NCBI GenBank assembly: GCA_039715135.1
Contig: JBDLHZ010000001.1
Location: 1-34,314, forward strand
DNA length: 34,314 nt
Direction: 5' to 3'
Source: Verrucomicrobiota bacterium
Lineage (GTDB): Bacteria; Verrucomicrobiota; Kiritimatiellia; Kiritimatiellales; Pontiellaceae
Shown here: positions 18,000 to 29,135 of the stretch, one piece after another
Numbering within the stretch: position 1 is the stretch's first letter
Layout of the letters: each line of letters starts with the position of its first letter
Made by a program: the position numbers and the translations under genes
The notes under the pieces: model-generated
The model's database searches: none
What the model was told of the DNA's origin: nothing
What the model saw: the letters and a program-made list of their open reading frames with translations, nothing else

Positions 18000-18078
18000 A
18001 ACCACGAAATACACGAATCACACGAAAAGAGAATGCCGGTGTTTACCCACTTTCGTGTATTTGGTGTATTTCGTGGTT
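18000..18078. repeat. Inverted-repeat element with 28-bp arms built from 9-bp units (copy 2, opposite orientation to copy 1)
   Basis: AACCACGAAATACACGAATCACACGAAA (18000-18027), 23-bp spacer, TTTCGTGTATTTGGTGTATTTCGTGGTT (18051-18078); the latter is the exact reverse complement of 8604-8631. Confidence 0.88.
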
Positions 18079-18117
18079 ATAATTCTATTCAGATTAATTT
18101 GGTATGACACCCATTTA

Positions 18118-19953
18118 CTACCGGCGTTGACGATTTTGCCGATGGAGGGTCTGCTTTTGCTCCGCGAAGTCGGGATTGCCGGCAAGGTTGGTCCATTCGT
18201 TTGGATCGTCGTCATGGTCGTACAGCTCTTCGGCGCCGTTCTTGTAGCGGATGTAGCGCCAGCGCCTGGTGCGTACGCTCCAGTGGTCCTTGCCCACCAC
18301 GGTCACGGCGGCATTGGGGCCTTTCCATTTATCCGATTCCGGATCTTCCAGGAATGGCCGTAGGCTGTGGCCATCAAGCCTTGCTCCCTTTTCGTTCTTG
18401 CGGGTGTCGCCTTCGAGGCCGCAGAGGTCGGCGAGGGTTGGGTAGAGGTCGACGAGGGAAACGGGATGCTCGGCAATGCCGCCGGCCTTGGCCATGCCGG
18501 GGATGCGAATGACCAGCGGCACGCGGGTGCTCTCCTCCCACGGCGAGTTCTTGAATAGGAAATCCTTTTCGCCCAGGTTCATACCGTGGTCGCTGGTCAG
18601 GACAATGATCGTGTTGTCTCGGAAGGGGCTGTTGTCGACGGCATCGACCACCTGCCCGACGCAGTCATCGACGGAGGCGACGCAGGCCAGGTAGGCCTGG
18701 GTGTATTTCTTCAGCCCCTCCTCGCCCGGATACGCCTCCCCCAGCGTCCGGAAGGCCTTGAAGCCCTTCGAGTTTGTGGAGGAGTTTTCCAGCAGGTGAC
18801 AGTCCGCCGCATCGTTTTCCTTGATGAGCGGCAGCTGGAGATCCTCCAGCGGATACTGGTCAAAATATTTCTGGGGAGCGTGCAGCGGCGTGTGCGGGCG
18901 GACGAAGCCGACCGCCAGGAAAAAGGGCTTGTCCCCCTTCTTATTGGCAAAGGCTTCCAGTTTGCCCGCCGCCCATCTGGCATTGCGTTCATCGGGGGTG
19001 GGATCGCGATCCGTTTCGCTCTTGTAGCGGAAGGGCTTTATCTTCTTGCCCCACGTTCCGTAGGCCCAGCCGCCCTTCCCCTTGCCGCCGAACGGAACAT
19101 CGGCCAGCGATCCAAACGAGCCGTCGAGAAAACCGATCTTGGAGGTGTAGAGTTCGGGAACCGCCGGGTTGGGCACCTTCTTCTCGCCGTCATGGGCCAC
19201 CGGGCCATAGTCCGTTCCATGCGCGAATTCGCTCCATTCATCCTGCTTTGCGTGGTGCATGAGCTTGCCGGAACCGGCCACGTGGTAGCCGTTGTCGCGA
19301 AAATGTTCCATCACTGTTTTCGAGTTCCGCAGAACCGGGTTCTTGTACCACTCCCTGAAACCAAAATTGCCGGAGGTACGCGGATGGATTCCGGTCAGGA
19401 AGCTGGAGCGCGACGGCGCGCAGATAGGCGAGTTGCAATAGGCACGGCGAAAGGCCACGCCGGAGCGGGCAAGCCGCTCGACATGCGGTGTCTTGGCCTG
19501 CGGATGCCCCGCCTGACCGGGGATGCCGGTAATGTAGTCGTTGAGGTCGTCGCAGACGATCAGGACTACATTGGGTTTTGGCTGGGCGACCGCCGTGCCC
19601 AGCAGCAAGAGCGAACAGGCAATTCCTTTGATGATATTCCCCAGCTTGATCTTCTTTTTCAATGCGCCGCATTTGCCGAGGAACAAGACCGCCTTCGGCT
19701 TGATCGCGCTGAGCAGATCCATGATCGTGGCCGCCATGGCGCTGCCCATGCCGAAGTTGATGATGGTGATGTTGTTGGCGGTGGCCGACTGCATCGGCTT
19801 GTCTTCCCCATGAATCCGGACGTCGAACCGATCCGAAAACATTTCGATGTAGCCCGGGAAGTTTGTCAGCAGGATATATTCCCCGAATTGCTCCAGCGAT
19901 GTGTCCGTGTATCTCGGAAGCCAGTTTTCAACGATCTCTTTTTTCGATTTCAT
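18118..19953 (-). CDS. Chimeric ORF: truncated AMP nucleosidase fused in frame to an S1 (iduronate/choline-sulfatase-like) sulfatase
   Basis: ATG 19953 with AGGAG; 105 aa of AMP nucleosidase, then signal-peptide-like NIIKGIACSLLLLGTAVA, PNVVLIVCDDLND, CAPSR, GKLMH, RPHTP, SDHG. Confidence 0.85.
   Translation of the reverse strand: MKSKKEIVENWLPRYTDTSLEQFGEYILLTNFPGYIEMFSDRFDVRIHGEDKPMQSATANNITIINFGMGSAMAATIMDLLSAIKPKAVLFLGKCGALKKKIKLGNIIKGIACSLLLLGTAVAQPKPNVVLIVCDDLNDYITGIPGQAGHPQAKTPHVERLARSGVAFRRAYCNSPICAPSRSSFLTGIHPRTSGNFGFREWYKNPVLRNSKTVMEHFRDNGYHVAGSGKLMHHAKQDEWSEFAHGTDYGPVAHDGEKKVPNPAVPELYTSKIGFLDGSFGSLADVPFGGKGKGGWAYGTWGKKIKPFRYKSETDRDPTPDERNARWAAGKLEAFANKKGDKPFFLAVGFVRPHTPLHAPQKYFDQYPLEDLQLPLIKENDAADCHLLENSSTNSKGFKAFRTLGEAYPGEEGLKKYTQAYLACVASVDDCVGQVVDAVDNSPFRDNTIIVLTSDHGMNLGEKDFLFKNSPWEESTRVPLVIRIPGMAKAGGIAEHPVSLVDLYPTLADLCGLEGDTRKNEKGARLDGHSLRPFLEDPESDKWKGPNAAVTVVGKDHWSVRTRRWRYIRYKNGAEELYDHDDDPNEWTNLAGNPDFAEQKQTLHRQNRQRR
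19639..19953 (-). pseudogene. amn: AMP nucleosidase (short Bacteroidota-type), 5' portion only
   Basis: MKSKKEIVENWLPRYT, YILLTNF, ITIINFGMGS, AATIMDLLSAIKPKAVLFLGKCG; the expected continuation (ILPIAAIRGEGTS-like) is absent. Confidence 0.85.
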
Positions 19954-19963
19954 GAAAGCTCTC

Positions 19964-20179
19964 CTATTCGAGGCCGAGGGTCGTTCCGTTGGCAAAGACC
20001 CCGGCAAAGAAACGGCGACCGGCCGGCACATTGAAAATAAAGCAGCCCAGTGCCAATTGCATGGCCATGCCCCATCCGAGCAGACGCCAGTTGATGCACT
20101 TGCGGTTTGCGGAACAAAGCCATGCAAGAAACAGGAAGGCCGGAACCCCGAACAGGCTGAAAATACTATTGGGTGTCAC
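19964..20179 (-). pseudogene. nupC: Internally deleted NupC/CNT-family nucleoside transporter
   Basis: GTG 20179 with GGAGGG SD; SLFGVPAFLFLAWLCSANRKCINWRLLGWGMAMQ is a CNT N-terminus; only 71 aa, ending AGVFANGTTLGLE*. Confidence 0.78.
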
Positions 20180-21302
20180 GATGATTCCCTCCAAACGACC
20201 GGTTCAATGTATAACGGAACTCGGGGCCGGTGCGCCATTTTTCCAGATACGGTGAAAAGGTTTTGACCTCGACCGTCTTGTTGTCCGGCTGGAATTCGAG
20301 TAGCAGCATCCACCCGTCGCCGCCATTTGGAATCCACTGCGCATTGAACAGGATCTGATGGACGGCCAATCCATTTTCGCGGATGTCGGTGCGGTGTCCC
20401 GTGGCGATATCCCGATCAAGCGCATAGCGGTCATATCCCGGATGATTCTTGCCGACATTGCGTGCCCGGGCTTTCTCCTGTTCTTCCGGAGACAGCTTTT
20501 CAATCAGCACCAAAGCCGCATGGTGGCCGCAAACGACAAATTCGACGTTGGGGTTTTCCATCACAAGATCATATACCTGCTTGTGTTCCTCCCGCTTGGA
20601 ATGCGGGACAGGATGTCCATCGGCACTGTCGAGGCGGCTGAGCTCGCTCATGTATTCATGAACCGTGATGAAAACCCGATGCTCGGGATGCTTCTTGATT
20701 ACATCCACCGCCCAGTCGACGACATCCTCGCGGGTCATGTACTCAAGGGCCAGCATCAGGAATTCCTGCCCGTTTTGGGTGAAGGTATAATAGGCGTTTT
20801 GCAACTGGCCCGCTTCAAACGACCCCCCGAATATCTTCCGGTTCAGCGGGTTTTGGTCGATCTTGAACACCTCGTTCATCCTCGTTGCCCGGCCCGGCCT
20901 CCTTTTCTTCTTCTTGTTCCGGTCATGGTTCCCTTCGCACACCACATAGGCGACCTTGCCGTCGAGGTGGCTGTAGCACGAGCGAATGATCTTCCATTCC
21001 TTCTGCGTATTGTTGTTGGTCATGTCGCCCACATGCACAACCGCTTCAATGTTGCGAACGTCCTTGTTTGCGGCGATCCACTGCATCATTCCATCGAGAA
21101 TGTCATAATACCTGCGCTCCAGCTTCGGGGGATAGACATAATTCTGGGTGTCGGGAATGACAACAACCGACCACGCGCCCTTGGAAAAGTCCGAAGGCGA
21201 AGGCTCTTCCTGCTGGAGTTGATAATCCGGCAGCAGGCTTTCGCCTATCCCCATGCAGGGAATCAGCAAAAGCATTGCAAGCAATTCCTTAAGACATCTC
21301 AT
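20166..21302 (-). CDS. Exported calcineurin-like metallophosphoesterase
   Basis: Signal peptide; IPDTQ, HVGD, EGNHD, TVH and CGHH metal-binding motifs. Confidence 0.88.
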   Translation of the reverse strand: MRCLKELLAMLLLIPCMGIGESLLPDYQLQQEEPSPSDFSKGAWSVVVIPDTQNYVYPPKLERRYYDILDGMMQWIAANKDVRNIEAVVHVGDMTNNNTQKEWKIIRSCYSHLDGKVAYVVCEGNHDRNKKKKRRPGRATRMNEVFKIDQNPLNRKIFGGSFEAGQLQNAYYTFTQNGQEFLMLALEYMTREDVVDWAVDVIKKHPEHRVFITVHEYMSELSRLDSADGHPVPHSKREEHKQVYDLVMENPNVEFVVCGHHAALVLIEKLSPEEQEKARARNVGKNHPGYDRYALDRDIATGHRTDIRENGLAVHQILFNAQWIPNGGDGWMLLLEFQPDNKTVEVKTFSPYLEKWRTGPEFRYTLNRSFGGNHRDTQ

Positions 21303-21318
21303 CGCAAAACCCTATTGA

Positions 21319-22485
21319 TCAGTTCGCATTCCCATGTTTTTCGAAAAATGAAAGGTTCCAGAAATCCATCCATTCTATCATGGGTTCTTCGTCATCCTCG
21401 ACCGTAAACGGAAGCCATACATAGGTTGATTCCCCGATCTTTCCGGGCTGCCACCGGTCGGCCATGAAAATGAAACTTCCTCTTTCCGGATCAATGGGCA
21501 GGATGAATGTGCCTTGGCTGCCGAAGGTCGTGTCCGCCTCCGCACCTCGGCATGGGTTCCCCATGTTGGCGTAGGGACCGAGGATTGTTTCCGCCGCCGA
21601 CAGGCGCGCCGCGTTCGGCATCCAGCCGCTGCATCCCGAAGTGATCAGATAGTACTTGCCGGAATGCTTGAACATGGCGGGTGCCTCGCGGTGTTCGTCG
21701 ATAAGGATGCGGTTCCATGTCTTGTCGGCCACGGGTTTTCGCACGCCGCAATAGTCGTCCGTCAGTTGTGCGATGTGCATGGTGTAGTTGCTTTCCGCCG
21801 CATAGACGACATAGGCCTTCCCGTCGTCGTTCTTGAACAGGGTCATGTCGCGAAAGGTGGAACCGCGTTCGGACTGCTCCGCCCCGCGCCTTCCCGAATA
21901 TTGAAGGTGCAATTCCGCCGGAATCGGGCGAAAACAGTCGACAAACCGAAACGGCCCCGTCGGTGATTCACTGACCGCCACGCCGGCGCTGGAAAACGGG
22001 TAGATCACATCCACACCTTTAACGAAATATTCCAGATGCATCCACATGACGAACATTCCCGTACGGTCGTTGTAGATGACCTTGGGGCGCTCAACGTGCC
22101 CGCTCTCCCCCACGGATCGATATGTTGCAGGCGTATTCGGCACGATGGATTCGCCGTTCTGAACCCAGTTGGAGCAGGCAAGCCCTTCGTTTTTCCAGTT
22201 CACGAGATCCCTGGAGGAATAGCAGGAAACCCCAGGGGCGGGAAAATAGCCATTTCGCTTGTCCTCGCCGTACCAATACCAGGTGTCACCATGCTTCAGC
22301 ACCCCGCCGCCATGAGCCTGAATGAGCGCCCCGCCTTCATCATGCCATGCCGCGCCGGGCACGATTTCCGATCCGGCCGCATGGGTCATTGAGCAAAGTC
22401 CAAGAAAGGAGATCGCCACCGCAAAAGGAATCTTTTGGATCGCGGATTCCGCTAATCTGACGAATTCTGTTCCTATATTTTTCAT
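21319..22485 (-). CDS. GH43 (subfamily 24-like, exo-beta-1,3-galactanase type), exported
   Basis: IQAHGGG, WYWYGE, ERPKVIYN, RDMTLF, REAPA, TSGCSGWMPN, TTFGSQ, MADRW. Start at ATG 22485 or GTG 22497. Confidence 0.88.
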   Translation of the reverse strand: MKNIGTEFVRLAESAIQKIPFAVAISFLGLCSMTHAAGSEIVPGAAWHDEGGALIQAHGGGVLKHGDTWYWYGEDKRNGYFPAPGVSCYSSRDLVNWKNEGLACSNWVQNGESIVPNTPATYRSVGESGHVERPKVIYNDRTGMFVMWMHLEYFVKGVDVIYPFSSAGVAVSESPTGPFRFVDCFRPIPAELHLQYSGRRGAEQSERGSTFRDMTLFKNDDGKAYVVYAAESNYTMHIAQLTDDYCGVRKPVADKTWNRILIDEHREAPAMFKHSGKYYLITSGCSGWMPNAARLSAAETILGPYANMGNPCRGAEADTTFGSQGTFILPIDPERGSFIFMADRWQPGKIGESTYVWLPFTVEDDEEPMIEWMDFWNLSFFEKHGNAN

Positions 22486-22533
22486 AATCAATTTCACTTG
22501 CCCGCTCGCGCGATTAGCGCAATTCGCGATCCA
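22436..22533. repeat. Diverged 9-bp-periodic inverted-repeat element spanning the GH43 start
   Basis: TGGATCGCGGATTCCGCTAATCTGACGA (22436-22463) versus the reverse complement of 22506-22533, TGGATCGCGAATTGCGCTAATCGCGCGA: 23/28 identical, 42-bp spacer. Confidence 0.7.
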
Positions 22534-22554
22534 CTCTCCTCAGGGTTTTTCTGA

Positions 22555-25962
<3,408 letters not shown>

Positions 25963-27267
25963 CTACCATTTCACAGCCTTGACCGGAAAGTAGTGTCCTT
26001 TGAAAACCGGATCAATAAGCTGGGCGTCCCACTCCTTCCGAAGAACTTCTATTTCTTCCTTTTTTCCGGGGTAGCGGCTGGAAAGATCCGTGGTTTCCCC
26101 GATGTCATCCGCGAGATTGTAGAGTTCGCTCTTTTCCTTGATCAGCAGTTTAAAGTCGCCCTTGCGCACGGCATACCAGCCCTGGTCCCTTTTCCGGAGG
26201 TAGATGGCTTCGTGTGGAGGTGCCGTGTTTTTTCCGAGCAGATACGGCATGAGGTTCACGCCATCAAGCGGCCGTTCCGGATCCGTCGGGGAGCCGGTGA
26301 GTGCCGACATGGTGCCGAAGATATCCATGGAGGAGATCGGGGGGTCGTAGACGCCGGGCTGAAGCGTCCCCTTCCACTGAAAAGCGAACGGCACGCGGAA
26401 ACCGCCTTCGGTCACATCACTTTTGCTTCCGCGCAGCGGATCGTTGTTCGATGCGTTTTTGCGCTCGGGACCGCCGTTGTCCGAAAAGAAAAAAACCAGC
26501 GTGTTTTCTTCCAGCTTCAATTCGCGGAGTTTGCCGAGCACCCGCCCGACACCGTCATCCACCGCACTGACCATGGCCGCATAGGTTCTGCGCTTCTTGT
26601 TTTTAATGTCTGGAAAACGAGCGAGATATTTTTCCGTCGCCTGCATCGGCGTGTGCGGAGCATCGTAGGAGAGGAAAAGGAAAAAGGGTTCGTTTTCATG
26701 GCGTTCGATGAAATCGACCGCCTCGTCGCTGCACGCATCGGTCCGGTACTTATCGCACGTTCCCGCCGGCTTGCCATGATGGATATTGACGCGATACGTG
26801 TTGGCAAAATATTTGCCCGGGGTATTGTAGCATTCGGTGAATCCCCGGTTCAGCGGATGATGAACCTTGTGGGCGCCGAGATGCCACTTCCCGATCAAAG
26901 CCGACTTGTAACCCGTCTTGCCGAGCGAGTCGGCGAGCGTGGTTTCGGCCAAAGCCAATCCACACTCTTCGGAGGGCGTTTTTCCGTAATACGGGTTGCG
27001 CTCGAAGCCGAAGCGTTGCGGATAGCGGCCGGTAATGAAACCGGCGCGGCTGGGAGCGCAGACGGAAAAGGTCGTGTAGGCACTGGTAAACTTGACGCCG
27101 TTGGCGGCGATCGAATCAATGTTGGGCGTGGGGATATCGCGACACCCATTGAAGCCCACGTCGGCATAGCCCAGATCGTCCGCCATGATGACCACCAGAT
27201 TGGGGTTTTCCGCCCGTGCCGAAGCGCAAAGGACGACTGCAAACAGTGCCTTGGCAAATGTATTCAT
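25963..27267 (-). CDS. Sulfatase (S1), exported; paralogue of 29136-30521
   Basis: PNLVVIMADDLGYADVGFNG, CAPSRAGFITG, GKWHLG, APHTP, SDNGG. Confidence 0.93.
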   Translation of the reverse strand: MNTFAKALFAVVLCASARAENPNLVVIMADDLGYADVGFNGCRDIPTPNIDSIAANGVKFTSAYTTFSVCAPSRAGFITGRYPQRFGFERNPYYGKTPSEECGLALAETTLADSLGKTGYKSALIGKWHLGAHKVHHPLNRGFTECYNTPGKYFANTYRVNIHHGKPAGTCDKYRTDACSDEAVDFIERHENEPFFLFLSYDAPHTPMQATEKYLARFPDIKNKKRRTYAAMVSAVDDGVGRVLGKLRELKLEENTLVFFFSDNGGPERKNASNNDPLRGSKSDVTEGGFRVPFAFQWKGTLQPGVYDPPISSMDIFGTMSALTGSPTDPERPLDGVNLMPYLLGKNTAPPHEAIYLRKRDQGWYAVRKGDFKLLIKEKSELYNLADDIGETTDLSSRYPGKKEEIEVLRKEWDAQLIDPVFKGHYFPVKAVKW

Positions 27268-27516
27268 TTCCGTATCCCCTCTCCCTTTGCAAGAGACTTG
27301 AGCTCCTTCGCCATCGCCTCGGCCCTTTCCGGATGCTGTTTAATGCTGTTTTTCTGTTCGCCGGGATCGTTCGCCAGATTATACAGCTCGGCGGGATCGA
27401 GGTTCACCACGGATGTCCATCCAGATGGACGTGGCACGCGGTCGCTGGTGACCGGTCAGCATGGAATAGCACGAAGGCGTGCAGACAATCATTGAAAGAG
27501 GAATCGCTATCTTCAT
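27264..27516 (-). pseudogene. Collapsed sulfatase remnant (253 bp, one frameshift)
   Basis: MKIAIPLSMI-VCTPSCYSMLTG (degenerate CxPSR), then in the +1 frame TSDRVP...ELYNLANDPGEQKN...HPERAEAM...GIRK*; its stop overlaps the next ATG (ATGA). Confidence 0.82.
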
Positions 27517-27519
27517 GGC

Positions 27520-29106
27520 TTATATCTCTAGTTCGGTCTGTTTCAGAAGCTGCCGGTAAAGGCTCTGTTTCTGCTCCGCAAACTCCGGTTTATCGGCGAG
27601 GTTGGTCCATTCGTGCGGATCGTTGTCGTGATCGTACAGTTCTTCCATCCCGTTGTTGTAGCGGATATAGCGCCAGCGCCGGGTACGGACCGACCAATGC
27701 TGCCGGGTGGCGTCCATGCCCGTTTTTTCGCCCGCATAGACCATGGTCAACGCCCCCTCGGGGCCATCCCATTTCCCGCCCTCCGGGTTTTCCAGGAACG
27801 GACGGACGCTATGGCCGTCGAGCGGAGCGCCTTTGTCGTTTTTGCGGGTGTCGCTTTCCAGCCCGCAGAGGTCGACCAGCGTGGGATAGAGGTCGATCAG
27901 CGAAACCGGGTGCTCGGCAACCGCGCCGGGCTTGGCTACGCCGGGGGCGCGGACAATGAAAGGTACGCGGGTGCTCTCTTCCCACGGCGAGTTTTTGAAA
28001 AGGAAGTCCTTTTGTCCCATCTGCCAACCGTGATCGCTTGTCATTAGAATGATCGTGTTGTCCTTGAACGGACTGTTGTCGACGGCATCGACCACCTGGC
28101 CGATACATTCATCCACCGCCGCGACGCTGGCGAGATAGGCCTGGGTGAAGGCCTTGATGCCGGATTCCGTGTCCGGGTACGATTCCTTGAGCAGACGGAA
28201 ATATCTCAGCCCTTTTGAATCCTTGTCGAGCAGATCCGCAAAGCAAGTGTCGGAGGCATCGTTGGCCTTGATGACGGGAAGCTCGACACCCTTGAGCGGG
28301 AACATGTCGAAATATTTCTGCGGCACGTGGAGCGGCGTGTGCGGACGGATGAAACCGACGGCGAGGAAAAACGGTTTTCCGTCCTTTTGCTCCGCGAATT
28401 GCCCGATGCGCTTTGCGGCCCATGCGGCGTTGCGCTCGTCCGGGGTCGGATCCCGATCCTCGGCACTCCTGTATTTCAATGGCTTGACCTTCTTGCTCCA
28501 TCCGCCATAGATCCACCCGCTTTCGGGATTGCCGTCGTCCGCGAACGGCACGTCGGCCAGCGAGCCGAAGGAACCGTCCACGGAACCAATGTCGCCAAAA
28601 GGCTTCGGAACGGACGGGTGGGCGATCTTGTTCTTGCCGTCGTAGACAAAGGGACCATAGTCGGCCTTGTGCTTGAATTCTTGCCAAACCTCCTTCTTGA
28701 AATGGTGCATCAGCTTGCCGGTGCCGGCCACATGGTAGCCGTTGTCGGCAAAGTGCTCCATGATGGTCTTGGAGTTCTTGAGGACCGGGTTCCAGAACCA
28801 CTTGTTCCAGAAGAGGTTTTTCGAGGTGTGCGGGTAGATGCCGGTCAGGAAGCTCGAACGCGACGGCGCGCAGACGGGGTTGTTGCTGTAGGCGCGGCGG
28901 AAGGCCACGCCGGACTTGGCCAGCTTTTCAACATTCGGCGTTTGGGCCTGCGGATGCCCCGTCTGGCCGGGAATGCCGGTGATGTAGTCGTTGAGGTCGT
29001 CGCAGACGATCAGCACCACATTGGGTTTGTTTTTTGCCTCGGCTCGCATAAATCCCGCGGCAACAACCGTGATGACCAGTAACAGTGTTATTTTCGACTT
29101 CAACAT
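27520..29106 (-). CDS. Sulfatase (S1, iduronate/choline-sulfatase-like), exported; paralogue of 18118-19638
   Basis: ATG 29106 with AAGGAG; signal peptide; PNVVLIVCDDLND, CAPSR, GKLMH, RPHTP, SDHG. Confidence 0.93.
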   Translation of the reverse strand: MLKSKITLLLVITVVAAGFMRAEAKNKPNVVLIVCDDLNDYITGIPGQTGHPQAQTPNVEKLAKSGVAFRRAYSNNPVCAPSRSSFLTGIYPHTSKNLFWNKWFWNPVLKNSKTIMEHFADNGYHVAGTGKLMHHFKKEVWQEFKHKADYGPFVYDGKNKIAHPSVPKPFGDIGSVDGSFGSLADVPFADDGNPESGWIYGGWSKKVKPLKYRSAEDRDPTPDERNAAWAAKRIGQFAEQKDGKPFFLAVGFIRPHTPLHVPQKYFDMFPLKGVELPVIKANDASDTCFADLLDKDSKGLRYFRLLKESYPDTESGIKAFTQAYLASVAAVDECIGQVVDAVDNSPFKDNTIILMTSDHGWQMGQKDFLFKNSPWEESTRVPFIVRAPGVAKPGAVAEHPVSLIDLYPTLVDLCGLESDTRKNDKGAPLDGHSVRPFLENPEGGKWDGPEGALTMVYAGEKTGMDATRQHWSVRTRRWRYIRYNNGMEELYDHDNDPHEWTNLADKPEFAEQKQSLYRQLLKQTELEI

Positions 29107-29135
29107 TCTACGGCTCCTTGTTGGATATTTGATAT

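Noticed and set aside
19954-20127. 58-aa N-terminal extension of the 669-aa ORF in the track
   Set aside because: It overlaps the nupC remnant in another frame; the SD-supported start is 19953.
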